A stretch of 64,000 bases of DNA from an uncultured Alistipes sp. (GTDB lineage Bacteria > Bacteroidota > Bacteroidia > Bacteroidales > Rikenellaceae), in NCBI GenBank assembly GCA_949283205.1, contig CASDSD010000043.1, positions 3,526-67,525 on the forward strand, in the 5' to 3' direction. Below the pieces are notes generated by a model. The model saw nothing but the letters and a program-made list of their open reading frames with translations, was not told the origin of the DNA and did not search any database. The translations under genes were made by a program, and so were the position numbers. This document shows positions 1 to 10,058 of the stretch, in pieces (position 1 is the first letter of the stretch; each line of letters starts with the position of its first letter).

Positions 1-80
1 CCAAGAGCAAGTTCGAGGGTCTCGACTACACGAAGAGCCACCTGCTGAACTTCTACATCGGCGGCGCATACCTCTTCTGA
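1..80 (+). CDS. outer-membrane beta-barrel (porin-family) protein, C-terminal fragment; gene begins upstream of the window
   Basis: The frame ending at TGA 78-80 reads ...KSKFEGLDYTKSHLLNFYIGGAYLF*. This is the same C-terminal signature (NFYIG-AYLF, terminal Phe) as the complete paralog at 317-943. Confidence 0.6.
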   Translation, partial: KSKFEGLDYTKSHLLNFYIGGAYLF

Positions 81-242
81 TCCGATTCTGATCCGACCTT
101 TGCGGCGGACACTCCTTCCCGCAAACGGCGCGTCGCATACGCCCGGAATACACACCGCCCCGTCGGGGACCGGGCCGGAGCTTGGGGAGGGGTATGCCGC
201 ATATCGGCCATACAGGCCGATATGAAGACAAAGAACATAAAA

Positions 243-277
243 AGAGTGCGGGACCTGACGGGTCTCGCACTCTTTTT
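243..277 (+). terminator. rho-independent terminator after the truncated porin-like gene
   Basis: 13-bp stem AGAGTGCGGGACC / GGTCTCGCACTCT (one G-T pair), 5-nt loop, followed by TTTTT. Confidence 0.7.
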
Positions 278-316
278 GCACAAACCGAGACGAATATCGT
301 TCTAAAACCAGATGTT

Positions 317-943
317 ATGAAAAAAATTCTACCATTGTTGGCATTTGCGCTTCTCGTCTCGGCGGCCGCCACGGCCCAGACCGCACGCTACGGCGTAACG
401 GGAGCGCTCAACGTCTCTTCATTCTCGATGAGCGGCGGAGGCCTCTCGATCGACACCGACTCGCGCCTCGCCTTCAACGCCGGCTTCAAGATGGATCTCG
501 CGCTTCCCTTCATGGAGGGGTTCTACCTCGACGCCGAGGCGCTGCTCAGCTCCAAGGGGAGCAAATACACCTCGATGGCCGAGGGAGAGTCGGTCGACAA
601 CACCGCCCGTCCCTACTATCTCGAGATCCCGGTACATATGGGATATCGCTTCGACCTCGGAGACAACATGAACGTCTTCGGGTCGTTCGGACCCTACTTC
701 GCCATAGGCCTCTTCGGCAAGTCGGAGACCGATAACGGCATCGAGACCCTGAAGACCGACATCTTCGGCTCCGACGGCATGAAACGCTTCGACTTCGGCC
801 TGGGCCTGCGCGGCGGCGTGGAGCTCTTCAAGCACTATCAGATATTCCTCGGATACGACTGGGGGCTTGTCGACGCCTCGAACGTTACGGGCGTGAAGAT
901 CCACAACCGCAACTTCTACATCGGCGCGGCGTACCTCTTCTGA
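317..943 (+). CDS. small outer-membrane beta-barrel protein (porin family / OMP_b-brl-like)
   Basis: Internal ATG of ORF 182-943 gives the signal peptide MKKILPLLAFALLVSAAATAQ. The rest shows alternating beta-strand-like pattern and ends NFYIGAAYLF* with a terminal aromatic residue. Confidence 0.85.
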   Translation: MKKILPLLAFALLVSAAATAQTARYGVTGALNVSSFSMSGGGLSIDTDSRLAFNAGFKMDLALPFMEGFYLDAEALLSSKGSKYTSMAEGESVDNTARPYYLEIPVHMGYRFDLGDNMNVFGSFGPYFAIGLFGKSETDNGIETLKTDIFGSDGMKRFDFGLGLRGGVELFKHYQIFLGYDWGLVDASNVTGVKIHNRNFYIGAAYLF

Positions 944-971
944 TCCGCATATGTCTCTCCCTACATGAACA

Positions 972-1009
972 GATACGGGATGCCTTCACGGCATCCCGTA
1001 TCCCTTTTC
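972..1009. terminator. hairpin terminator between convergent genes
   Basis: 13-bp perfect stem GATACGGGATGCC / GGCATCCCGTATC, loop TTCAC, then CCTTTTC. Confidence 0.65.
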
Positions 1010-1024
1010 ATACCACCCCCGCCG

Positions 1025-2947
1025 TCATTCGATCCGTCCCGCGGCCGCATCGGGGTTCTCGCGCAGCCAGCGGCGGTAGATCTCGAAGAAGGTCGGGGCG
1101 TCGAGCAGCTCTATCGAGGGGTCGAGCCGCCGCACCTCCTCCATCATCTCCACATGCCACGAGGGGGACTTCAGTATGTCACGGTACCAGCCGAAGGGGA
1201 TCGGGCTGCGCCGCATATCCTCCACGATGAAGGCTGCGTTCTCCCGGGGCGAGCGCACCAGATCGGCGCCGGCACGCAGCACGGGCATCTCGCCGAAGAG
1301 ACGCGTGCGGGGCGTTTTCTGCGGCACGATTCCGTTGGGACTGAACGACGCATAGCAGGCCAGGCCGTCATCGGTCAGGGCCGGAGCCTCGCCGTCGATG
1401 ACGAATCCCGTTATCGTAAGCCCCCACTTTTCATAGAGCGGCCGGCAGTGTTCCGCCCACGCATCCAGACCGTCGGGCAGCCCCGACAGGGGACGCGGCG
1501 CCTGCAGCATGCCCGGCATGAGGTAGCCGGCGCCGTTGTCCGCCGCGGCGAAATAGTCGTTTTCAGAGGCGGTGCGGCGGATGTAGTCGAGCACCATCGG
1601 GGCGCGCCGCTCCAGCACGGGGCTTATGCACCACATCAGGGGAAGTTTGCCGCGCGCAGGGTCGCGCCACAGGTGCGGCAGCACGGAGGTGACCCACGCC
1701 GAGGCGTCATAGTCGCCCACATAGAAGATAATGAAGCGGCGGCCGCCGATCTTCACACGCCCCTCGTCGTCGATATAACCGCGGCGGCGCAGGTCGTCGT
1801 CACCGACCCACCCCTGCGGATAGCTCTCCGCCGTCGGGTAGTGCTGCCAGAAGGAGGCATTGGCCATGGCCCCGTACCCTATCGCGTCGGCATCCTTGAA
1901 GGCGTTGTAGGCGCTGATTATGCGGCTGAACTCCCACTCCGTGGCCACATCCTCGTGGCTGCCGCCCGCATGGCGGGTATATTTGTATGCCCACGCCGGG
2001 AATCCCCCTATGTGGCACATGCGCCGGCCGCCGTTGAGGCGGTATGCCTCGCCCAGGAGCTCCTTCAGCATGGCCAGGTCGCTCCCCACGGCCTGCGACG
2101 GGTCATCCGTAGCCGCCTCGTCGCCCCACGGCGAGAGGTCGAAGAAGAAGGCGCGGCGGCTGACGAAGAAGTCATGGTTCGTCAGGCAATGGGCGTTCAT
2201 CGGGGCTGCGGCGGGCCGTTGCAGCCAATACTGGTCGAGATAGTAGGCGCCGTACTCGCCGCTGCAGCGGCCGCGCTTCATATACCGCTCGACAAACCAC
2301 ACATAGGGGTCGACCTTCACCGACCCGGTCGAGGCGCGGTCGGTCTGCGGCACGGTGCCGCGGCCGGTGAACATCGGCGTCCCGTTCTCGTTTACGAGCC
2401 ATACGCGCACCCTGAGCCGCGGGCCGTGTACGACCAGACGGTCGTAGAGGCTCCCCGCCGTGGTGTCATAGCGTATCGCCACCAGATCCTCGGCTCCCGC
2501 CACGGCCGAGGCCACACACGAGGTGGAGGGCACAGCCGGATCGTACACCACGGCCCCGCGCACACGCTCCGCATACCGCTCCACAGCCTGCACCACATCG
2601 CGGCACACCACCGTATCGCGCCCGTGGAGCCAGCCGCCGTCGGCACGGCACATGTCCCACCAGAAACGGTCCACCTCCATGAACTCGTTGGCCACATAGT
2701 CGATATAGAGCAGCGGCCGGTCGCGGTTCACCACCCCCTGCAGCGTGGCGGCGCAATGGAGCGCATCCCACATCTCGCGGCAGCCCGCCGCATCGTCGGG
2801 CGTCACGCCGCGGTATGCCGACATATCGAGGTAGACGAGAGGCGCCGCAGAGCGCCGCGGCGCACCGCAGCCCGATATGCATATCACGGCCACGGCGGCC
2901 GCACCCAACACCCCGCGCGCCGCGAGGGATACTATTCGCTTGATCAT
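1025..2947 (-). CDS. GxGYxYP-motif family lipoprotein (putative glycoside hydrolase-like)
   Basis: 640-aa ORF with a lipoprotein-type N-terminus (...AVAVICISGCG). The motif DNGAGYLMPG fits the GxGYxYP signature. The family name is from memory and unverified. Confidence 0.8.
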   Translation of the reverse strand: MIKRIVSLAARGVLGAAAVAVICISGCGAPRRSAAPLVYLDMSAYRGVTPDDAAGCREMWDALHCAATLQGVVNRDRPLLYIDYVANEFMEVDRFWWDMCRADGGWLHGRDTVVCRDVVQAVERYAERVRGAVVYDPAVPSTSCVASAVAGAEDLVAIRYDTTAGSLYDRLVVHGPRLRVRVWLVNENGTPMFTGRGTVPQTDRASTGSVKVDPYVWFVERYMKRGRCSGEYGAYYLDQYWLQRPAAAPMNAHCLTNHDFFVSRRAFFFDLSPWGDEAATDDPSQAVGSDLAMLKELLGEAYRLNGGRRMCHIGGFPAWAYKYTRHAGGSHEDVATEWEFSRIISAYNAFKDADAIGYGAMANASFWQHYPTAESYPQGWVGDDDLRRRGYIDDEGRVKIGGRRFIIFYVGDYDASAWVTSVLPHLWRDPARGKLPLMWCISPVLERRAPMVLDYIRRTASENDYFAAADNGAGYLMPGMLQAPRPLSGLPDGLDAWAEHCRPLYEKWGLTITGFVIDGEAPALTDDGLACYASFSPNGIVPQKTPRTRLFGEMPVLRAGADLVRSPRENAAFIVEDMRRSPIPFGWYRDILKSPSWHVEMMEEVRRLDPSIELLDAPTFFEIYRRWLRENPDAAAGRIE

Positions 2948-2981
2948 GATGCAAAATTCGGATTTCAGGTTGTAGCAGAGA

Positions 2982-2989
2982 CAAACTTA
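2982..2989 (-). promoter_or_regulatory. Bacteroidota-type -7 box (TAagTTTG) for the GxGYxYP gene
   Basis: Plus strand CAAACTTA is TAAGTTTG on the minus strand, 35 nt upstream of ATG 2947. Confidence 0.4.
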
Positions 2990-3117
2990 CGGAAATTTCA
3001 CCGTTTTCGGAAATGCGGCGGCAAATCTTTCCCCGCGGCTGCAGCATCTCCGCCGCAGAGATACCGTACAAATCGCCCCAAAAGCCCCGCCGTATTTCAT
3101 ATCACCGAAAAAAGCCG

Positions 3118-3125
3118 TACATTTG
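3118..3125 (+). promoter_or_regulatory. -7 box (TAcaTTTG) for the GH10 xylanase gene
   Basis: TACATTTG lies 40 nt upstream of ATG 3165. Confidence 0.45.
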
Positions 3126-3164
3126 TCTCCAACAAGCCGCAAAACCAAAATACGCCATATTCCC

Positions 3165-4298
3165 ATGAAAAAGAGCATCAGACTTTCGCTTCTCATAGCC
3201 GCCGCGGCATGCGTGGCGGCATGCGCACAGCAGCCGGCGACAACGATGAAGGATGCCGCCGCAGACCGGTTTCTCATAGGCACGGCCCTCAACGAGTGGC
3301 AGATCCGCGGGCGCGACACGGCCGGCGTACGCGTCGTGCGCGAACACTTCAACGCCATCGTCGCCGAGAACTGCATGAAGAGCGAGGCGATACACCCGCA
3401 GCGCGACCGTTACAATTTCGATGCTGCCGACCGCGTTGTAGAGTTCGGCGAGCAGAACGGCATGACCGTAACGGGCCACACCCTTATCTGGCACTCGCAG
3501 CTGCCCCGCTGGTTCGTCTACGACGAGAACGACTCGCTGCGCTCGGCCGAGGAGCTCAAGGCCATAATGAAGGAGCATATCTCGACCGTCGTCGGCCGCT
3601 ACAAGGGCCGCATCAAGGGCTGGGACGTGGTAAACGAGGCCATCATGGAGGACGGCAGCTACCGCCGCTCGCCCTTTTACAGGATTCTCGGCGAGGAGTT
3701 CATACCCCTCGCGTTCCAATACGCCCACGAGGCCGACCCCGATGCCGAACTCTACTACAACGACTATAACATGTGGGCCGAGGGCAAGCGCAACGCCGTC
3801 GTGAAGCTCATCGGCGAGCTGCGCGAGCGCGGCCTGCGCATCGACGCCGTGGGCATGCAGAGCCACATGGGCATGAGCCACCCCGACTTCGCCGAGTATG
3901 AGAAGAGCATCGAGGCCTTTGCCGCGGCGGGCGTCAAGGTGATGGTGACGGAGTTCGACATGAGCGCCCTGCCCACGGCATACGTGGGCGCCGATGTCGC
4001 CGCCGGCGGCATCGACCCGGCGCGGGCGATGAACCCCTACCCCGACTCTCTTCCGGCAGAGGCATACGAGGCATGGCACAAACGCATGGAGCAGGCCCTC
4101 GGCATCATGCTGCGCCACAGCGACGACATCACGCGCGTGACCTTCTGGGGTGTGAGCGACGGCGACTCGTGGCTAAACAACTTCCCCGTACGGGGCCGCA
4201 CCGACTACGCCCTGCCATTCGACCGCGGGCACCGCGCCAAGCCCATCGTGGCACGCTTCATCGAGATGTGCCGCGAAATACCCGCCGACAAGGAATAA
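3165..4298 (+). CDS. endo-1,4-beta-xylanase, glycoside hydrolase family 10
   Basis: Lipoprotein-like signal MKKSIRLSLLIAAAACVAAC. GH10 catalytic motifs WDVVNEA (acid/base Glu) and VTEFDMS (nucleophile Glu). Confidence 0.9.
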   Translation: MKKSIRLSLLIAAAACVAACAQQPATTMKDAAADRFLIGTALNEWQIRGRDTAGVRVVREHFNAIVAENCMKSEAIHPQRDRYNFDAADRVVEFGEQNGMTVTGHTLIWHSQLPRWFVYDENDSLRSAEELKAIMKEHISTVVGRYKGRIKGWDVVNEAIMEDGSYRRSPFYRILGEEFIPLAFQYAHEADPDAELYYNDYNMWAEGKRNAVVKLIGELRERGLRIDAVGMQSHMGMSHPDFAEYEKSIEAFAAAGVKVMVTEFDMSALPTAYVGADVAAGGIDPARAMNPYPDSLPAEAYEAWHKRMEQALGIMLRHSDDITRVTFWGVSDGDSWLNNFPVRGRTDYALPFDRGHRAKPIVARFIEMCREIPADKE

Positions 4299-4323
4299 CA
4301 GCAAACCGCAACACCCCGAAGAT

Positions 4324-5055
4324 ATGGAAAACATGGTATTCGGCATACGTCCCGTGGCCGAGGCGATAGAGTCGGGACAACAGATCGAGCGTCTCTACAT
4401 ACGCAAAGGGGGCGAAGGGCAGCTTCTGGCCGACCTGCGCGACCTGGCGCTGCGCCACCGCGTGCGCATGCAGGAGGTCCCCGTCGAGAAGCTCAACCGC
4501 CTCGTGAAGGGCAACCATCAGGGTGTCGTGGCGCAGATCTCCCCCATCGAGTACGTCACCATGGAGGAGATCATGGAGCGCGTGCCCGAGGACGAAACCC
4601 CGCTCATAGTCATCTTCGACGGCGTCACGGACGTGCGCAACTTCGGCGCCATAGCACGCTCGGCGGAGTGTGCAGGTGCGCACGGGCTGATTGCGCCGCT
4701 GAAGAATGCCGCCCCCGTCAATGCCGAGGCGATGAAGGCGTCGGCCGGGGCCCTGGCACGCATCCCCGTCTGCCGCGTGGGGTCGATACGCAACACCGTG
4801 AAGGCCCTGCAGGCCGAGGGCATACAGGTCGTGGCGGCGACGGAAAAGAGCCGCAAGCTGATCTACGACGCCGACATGACACGCCCCACGGCCATAGTCA
4901 TGGGATCGGAGGAGAAGGGCATCTCGAAGGAGGTGCTCAAGCTCTGCGACGAGCAGCTGGCCATACCCCTCATCGGCGCCGTCGAGTCGCTCAACGTCTC
5001 GGCCGCGGCCGCCGTCATGCTCTTCGAGGCCGTGCGCCAGCGCATAGGCGACTGA
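4324..5055 (+). CDS. rlmB: 23S rRNA (guanosine-2'-O)-methyltransferase, SpoU/TrmH class
   Basis: N-terminal substrate-binding region VFGIRPVAEAIESGQQIERLYI. C-terminal knot motifs GSEEKGIS and VESLNVSAAAAVMLFE. Confidence 0.85.
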   Translation: MENMVFGIRPVAEAIESGQQIERLYIRKGGEGQLLADLRDLALRHRVRMQEVPVEKLNRLVKGNHQGVVAQISPIEYVTMEEIMERVPEDETPLIVIFDGVTDVRNFGAIARSAECAGAHGLIAPLKNAAPVNAEAMKASAGALARIPVCRVGSIRNTVKALQAEGIQVVAATEKSRKLIYDADMTRPTAIVMGSEEKGISKEVLKLCDEQLAIPLIGAVESLNVSAAAAVMLFEAVRQRIGD

Positions 5056-5148
5056 CGCCGCCCGTTATCCGCCACTCAGCCGGCCGCAGAGGCGGCACGG
5101 CGGAAAAGAGACGGCGGCAGAAATGACAACCGCATAAATCCGAAACAG

Positions 5149-6906
5149 ATGAAAGCAACGAACGCAACCGTCGCCGAACGCCTGCGCCGCACCGCTGTCG
5201 AAGCCATGCAGCGCCTGCGCGCAACGATCGCCGCACACCCCGTCGAGATGCTCATCGCGCTGCATGCCTACGCGGCGACCGTCGTCGGGATGTACATGGA
5301 TTCCGCAGGCCTGCTGCCGGCATTCTTCGTGCCCGCCGTCACGGCACCCCTATTCATCGTCACGGCATACTGCCTCAACACGCTGCTGAAGGGACGCCCC
5401 GCCAGATGGATATACAGCCTCTGGTGGATACCATATATCGCCACGGCCGTGATCCCCGGCCTCGGGGAGTGGACGAACCATACGTCGTACGGCGTCACCG
5501 TCGCGGCCATACTGCCGCTGCTGCTGCTCTCGTTCCGCATGCGGCGCGACAACGCCCGCTATGTCGCCGAGGCGGCGCATATGGTCTTCTCGGCTGCCAT
5601 AGCATTGATATTCTCGTCGGTGGCGCTGCTGCTCTTCTATCTGATATACATCTCGGTAACAGGCATATTCGACATTGAGCCCGTCACGCGGATCATCACC
5701 TGCGCCGCCTGCTTCGCATACGTGCTGATGGCGCCGATGATATTTTTCGCCATGCAGGACCGCCGGGACCGCACACCCGGCATTACGGCAACGGGAACGG
5801 TGCTCCTGAATGCCATCGTCACGCCAGCACTGCTCATATACACCGCCATACTCTACATCTATGCGGCCAAGATCCTCGTCACATGGACGCTGCCCAAGGG
5901 CATGGTCGCCGGCATGGTCTTCACGTTCTCGATCCTTGCCGTGGTGGTCAAGGCCCTGCAGCCCTACCTCACACGCCGCCGCTACGACTGGTATTTCGAC
6001 CGTTTCAGCCTTATCGCGCTGCCCCTGCTCGTTCTCTTCTGGATCGGCACCGCACGCCGCATCGGCGAATACGGGCTCACCGAATCGCGCTTCTATCTCG
6101 TGCTGTGCGGCGCCGTGATGACCCTCTGCCTGCTCCTTTTCCTCTCGCGCCGCACGGGACGCTACCTCGCCGTGTCGCTCACGGCCCTCGTCCTCTTCGC
6201 CGCCACGGCATACATACCCCCGATCTCGGCCAGCAATACGGCCATCCGCTCGCAGATGCGGCGCGCCGATGCCGCCGCCCGCACTCTGGGCATAGCCGAC
6301 GCCGACGGACGCCTGCGCCTCGGCACACCCTCCGAGGCCGACACCCTGGAGTGCAGGCAGCACCGCATACTATACCAGTCGCTCGAATATATCGACCGCC
6401 ACGACACGCAGCTGCTGCATGAGCGCTACGGGCTGGAGTCGAGCCAGGACTATCTCGGGACACTCTCCAACCGCACGGGCATCTACGCCTCGGCATACAT
6501 CGACCCCGACAGCGACGACGGCACCATGGCTGCGGCCGAATCTCTCGGATACGCATTGTACCTCGATGCCTGCCGTGACCGTATCGACATAGACATAACC
6601 CCCTACGGCAAACTGTCACTCGGCAATGAAACCCAAATAACGACCGACAGCCTCGGCCGCAGCATGATCGAATACGAAGGCGTAACCATCCCCGCGGAGG
6701 GGTTGCTCGACGCGCAGCTGGCCAAGATAGGGTACACGCGCGCCGACATGCCGTCGCAGGAGGAGATGGACCTCCGCGCCGCCGAGATGCTCGTCTTCCG
6801 CACGGATTCCATGACGGTGGTCTTCGACTATATGGCTATCGGAGTCGACGGACGGGACAATGCCGAGATCGAAAACGCCGACATAAAGTTCATAATCTCG
6901 AAGTGA
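5149..6906 (+). CDS. polytopic membrane protein with soluble C-terminal domain (DUF4153-like, assignment from memory)
   Basis: 585 aa. Many hydrophobic helices fill the first ~370 aa, followed by an acidic soluble tail. No catalytic motif recognised. Confidence 0.8.
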   Translation: MKATNATVAERLRRTAVEAMQRLRATIAAHPVEMLIALHAYAATVVGMYMDSAGLLPAFFVPAVTAPLFIVTAYCLNTLLKGRPARWIYSLWWIPYIATAVIPGLGEWTNHTSYGVTVAAILPLLLLSFRMRRDNARYVAEAAHMVFSAAIALIFSSVALLLFYLIYISVTGIFDIEPVTRIITCAACFAYVLMAPMIFFAMQDRRDRTPGITATGTVLLNAIVTPALLIYTAILYIYAAKILVTWTLPKGMVAGMVFTFSILAVVVKALQPYLTRRRYDWYFDRFSLIALPLLVLFWIGTARRIGEYGLTESRFYLVLCGAVMTLCLLLFLSRRTGRYLAVSLTALVLFAATAYIPPISASNTAIRSQMRRADAAARTLGIADADGRLRLGTPSEADTLECRQHRILYQSLEYIDRHDTQLLHERYGLESSQDYLGTLSNRTGIYASAYIDPDSDDGTMAAAESLGYALYLDACRDRIDIDITPYGKLSLGNETQITTDSLGRSMIEYEGVTIPAEGLLDAQLAKIGYTRADMPSQEEMDLRAAEMLVFRTDSMTVVFDYMAIGVDGRDNAEIENADIKFIISK

Positions 6907-6909
6907 CGG

Positions 6910-7467
6910 ATGAAGTCGACACTGCACCACCCCACTCTGGGCGACATAACCCTCTCGCGGTCGGCCCGCGCACGGCGCATATCGCTCACGGTGCGCCCCT
7001 CGGGCGAGGTGCGGCTCTCGTTCCCGACATACGTGTCGGAGCGGCGCGCCATGGCGTTCCTCGAGGCGAAGGCCGAGTGGGTCACGGCAACGCGCCGGCG
7101 GCTCACCGCACGCCCCAGGCCGCCCGTGCCGACAAAAGAGGAGGTGGAACGCCTGCGCGCCGAGGCCAAGGCCACGCTGCCGCCGCGCCTCGAGATGCTC
7201 GCACGCAACTTCGGCCTGCGCTATGGCAAGGTGACCGTGCGCGCCGCACGCTCGAAGTGGGGGTCGTGCTCGTGGCGCAACGACATATCGCTGAGCCTCT
7301 ACCTCATGACCCTGCCCGAACACCTGCGCGACTACGTCCTGATCCACGAGCTGTGCCACACCGTCCACCACGACCACTCGCCACGCTTCCACGCCCTCGT
7401 AGACCGCCTCACCGGGGGAAAAGAAAAACTCCTCGCCCGTGAGCTGAGGAGTTATTCGATACGCTGA
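6910..7467 (+). CDS. YgjP-like (DUF45 / M48-like) metal-dependent hydrolase
   Basis: Zinc motif HELCHTVHHDHSPRF. Starts 4 nt after the upstream stop. Confidence 0.85.
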   Translation: MKSTLHHPTLGDITLSRSARARRISLTVRPSGEVRLSFPTYVSERRAMAFLEAKAEWVTATRRRLTARPRPPVPTKEEVERLRAEAKATLPPRLEMLARNFGLRYGKVTVRAARSKWGSCSWRNDISLSLYLMTLPEHLRDYVLIHELCHTVHHDHSPRFHALVDRLTGGKEKLLARELRSYSIR

Positions 7468-7506
7468 TGCCGTCGCGCCGTACATGTTTCGCAAACAGGC
7501 CTTTCC

Positions 7507-7983
7507 CTACACCCTTTTTGTCTTGCCCGACCACCTCTCGGCATCTATGGCGATGACGGCGGTGCGGTGGAACGACTTTTCGATATACCGGGCGCCCACA
7601 GCCGCATAGTCAGGCGAATATTTCTCCACCAGAAGCTCCAGCGCATGGCGCCGTTCCTCCTCCGACGAGACCACACGCGCACGCCCCTCGATAACGACAG
7701 ACTCGTATGCCGTAGTGAATTTCTCGGGCACGGGGCGCGTCTTCCCGACCACGCAGAAGCTCACACGGCCGTCATGCTCCACAGCCCGCAGCTTGCGGCC
7801 CTCGGGGGCGCAATGTATGTATATCGTGCCGCCCTCGGTCACATAGTTCACGGGGATGCCGTACCCGCCCCGGTCCGAAGCCATGGCCAGGAAGCCGTAC
7901 TCGCCGCCGAGCAGGATCTCGCGGGCGCGCCCCTCGTCGAGCAGGCGATCCTGCCGCCGCACCTCGTCATTGCGATACTCCAT
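7507..7983 (-). CDS. pyridoxamine 5'-phosphate oxidase-family FMN-binding protein
   Basis: 158 aa. Split-barrel family pattern (EYGFLAMAS..GYGIPVNYV..TIYIHCAPEGRK). Confidence 0.8.
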   Translation of the reverse strand: MEYRNDEVRRQDRLLDEGRAREILLGGEYGFLAMASDRGGYGIPVNYVTEGGTIYIHCAPEGRKLRAVEHDGRVSFCVVGKTRPVPEKFTTAYESVVIEGRARVVSSEEERRHALELLVEKYSPDYAAVGARYIEKSFHRTAVIAIDAERWSGKTKRV

Positions 7984-7987
7984 CTGT

Positions 7988-8692
7988 CTAAAGCAATTTC
8001 TTTTTCGACAGTATCACGATGAAATCCTTCAGGTAGAAGGGCTCGAAGTAGGCTATGTCCTCGGTCCTGCCCTCCGAAAGACGCTTCTGCGCCAGCCGTG
8101 CCAGACCGCGTGCCGAAGGCACCACATTCACATAGACCGCATCGGGCAGCACCTCGCGGCACTTGGCGGCGCCGTTGCCGAAGATCACCAGCGGGGCCGT
8201 GCGGCGCCACTCGGCGAAGCTCTCCACGGTGACCACCTCGGCCGCGACATCGGTCAGAGGCTGTCCCGTGCTGTCGTACAGGCGCGTATAGACCTCCATG
8301 CGGCGCGCGTCCACCATGGGGCAGAGCCGCGCCTGCTCCCAGTTCTCGACATCGAGGATGCCCGCCTCGTGGTCCTCCACGGCCACCTCGGCCAGGGCGT
8401 CGAGCGACCCCACGGCCACCAGAGGTATCCCCAGCGCATAGCACATGCCCTTGGCGAACGAGACCCCTATGCGCAGCCCCGTATACGACCCGGGCCCCTT
8501 GCCCACGGCCACGGCATCCAACTCGTCGGGCGCCACGCCCGTCTCGTGCAGCAGCTCGTCGACGAAGACCGCCACCTTCCTGGCGTGGTCACGCCCCTCG
8601 TCGCTCTCACGCAGCGATACCAGCTCGCCGTTGCGGGCCAAACCGACAGAACAGATGTCGGTGCCCGTCTCAATACACAATATCAATGACAT
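7988..8692 (-). CDS. tsaB: tRNA threonylcarbamoyladenosine biosynthesis protein TsaB
   Basis: MSLILCIETGTDICSVGLA N-terminus and the GPGSYTGLRIG motif, typical of TsaB/YeaZ. Confidence 0.9.
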   Translation of the reverse strand: MSLILCIETGTDICSVGLARNGELVSLRESDEGRDHARKVAVFVDELLHETGVAPDELDAVAVGKGPGSYTGLRIGVSFAKGMCYALGIPLVAVGSLDALAEVAVEDHEAGILDVENWEQARLCPMVDARRMEVYTRLYDSTGQPLTDVAAEVVTVESFAEWRRTAPLVIFGNGAAKCREVLPDAVYVNVVPSARGLARLAQKRLSEGRTEDIAYFEPFYLKDFIVILSKKKLL

Positions 8693-8719
8693 ATCGTATC
8701 CTTTTTGTTTCTCTCTTTG

Positions 8720-9547
8720 TCAAATCAATCCGAAATGCTCGAGCGCGCGGCTCACGCCATCCTCGTCGACCGATGCCGAGACATAGTCGGCCGCAGCCTT
8801 CAGTTCGTCGCACGCGTTGCCCATGGCCACGCCCACGGCCGCATCGCGCACGATGGGGATATCGTTGCCGCCGTCGCCGAAGGCCATCGCCTCCGACATG
8901 GAGAGCCCGTAGTACTCCATCACCCTGCGCGCCCCGACCGACTTGTCCGTTCCCCGCATGTTCACATCCATGAACGTGGGGATCCAGCGGCTGCCCACAC
9001 ACTCCGGCAGCCGCGGCATGATGAGCCGCTCGGTCTCCACACCCACATACGGACACACCTGCAACACGGGATTCTCCGCCGCTATGCGCCGCAGATCGGC
9101 TACCTGCGGCATTATGTGGATCATCTCGGCGATGGTGAGCACGCGCTCCGACAACCGGTCGACATATATGTCCTCGTGCGTCATGAAGGCCGCCTGGAAC
9201 CCGTACTCGTCGCACAGACGGAAGATACGCTCCACGGTGTCGTGCGGGAACGATCGCTCGAAGATGGTCTCGCCGCCGCTGGTGACGCAGTAGCTGCCGT
9301 TGACGGTGACATACCCGTCGACCTCGATGTCGCGCACCACCTCGGTGTGGCGCAGCAGGCGCCCCGTCGAGATGAAGACCTTGATGCCGCGCTCACGCAG
9401 CCGCGCAATGGCACGGCGCGCCGAGTCGGGCACGGCATGCGTCTCGAAGCTGACCAGCGTGCCGTCGATATCGAAAAACACCGCCTTTATATCCTTCCCC
9501 AAATACGTATTTTCCCCTATGTTTGCCATAAATCCTACGTTTGGCAT
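8720..9547 (-). CDS. Cof-type HAD-IIB family hydrolase
   Basis: HAD motif I FFDIDGTLV and motif IV GDGGNDI. An alternative ATG lies at 9529. Confidence 0.85.
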   Translation of the reverse strand: MPNVGFMANIGENTYLGKDIKAVFFDIDGTLVSFETHAVPDSARRAIARLRERGIKVFISTGRLLRHTEVVRDIEVDGYVTVNGSYCVTSGGETIFERSFPHDTVERIFRLCDEYGFQAAFMTHEDIYVDRLSERVLTIAEMIHIMPQVADLRRIAAENPVLQVCPYVGVETERLIMPRLPECVGSRWIPTFMDVNMRGTDKSVGARRVMEYYGLSMSEAMAFGDGGNDIPIVRDAAVGVAMGNACDELKAAADYVSASVDEDGVSRALEHFGLI

Positions 9548-9596
9548 ATAGCCGGATAGACGGTACGGCGCACAGACGCCATAACCGCGACGGCCG

Positions 9597-10058
9597 TTAC
9601 TTGTATCGTTTCATCGCCTTGTCCATCTCGCGCCGGGCATCGTTCTCCTTCAGGTACTCCCGCTTGTCGTACGACTTGCGGCCGCGCGCAAGGCCTATGA
9701 CCACCTTCGCAAGACCCCTCTCGTTAAGGAACAGCCGCAGCCCCACGACCGTCAGGCCGCGGTCCTGCAACGCACGCTGGAGCTTGTTCATCTCCTTGCG
9801 CTGCAGCAGCAGCTTGCGGTCGCGCCGCGGCGTGTGGTTGTTGCATGTGCCCCAGCCGTATTCGGCCACGTTCATGCCGCGCAGCCACAGCTCCCCCTTG
9901 TCGAAATAGCAGTAGCTGTCGGTCATCGACGCCTTGCCCAGACGTATCGACTTGATCTCGGTTCCGACCAGCACGACCCCCGCGACATACTCCTCGAGAA
10001 TCTCGTAGTCGAACGTAGCACGTTTGTTGCGTATGTTTATATTCTTGTAATCGGTCAT
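9597..10058 (-). CDS. smpB: SsrA-binding protein
   Basis: 153 aa. [31 protein letters not shown] and a basic C-terminal tail typical of SmpB. Confidence 0.95.
   Translation of the reverse strand: MTDYKNINIRNKRATFDYEILEEYVAGVVLVGTEIKSIRLGKASMTDSYCYFDKGELWLRGMNVAEYGWGTCNNHTPRRDRKLLLQRKEMNKLQRALQDRGLTVVGLRLFLNERGLAKVVIGLARGRKSYDKREYLKENDARREMDKAMKRYK

Noticed and set aside
965-3769. 934-aa plus-strand ORF spanning the GxGYxYP gene on the opposite strand and running into the xylanase gene.
   Set aside because: The translation is dominated by R/A/G/P/H with no motifs, signal or domain pattern. The minus-strand product has a lipoprotein signal and a family motif. Long stop-free antisense frames are expected at this GC content.
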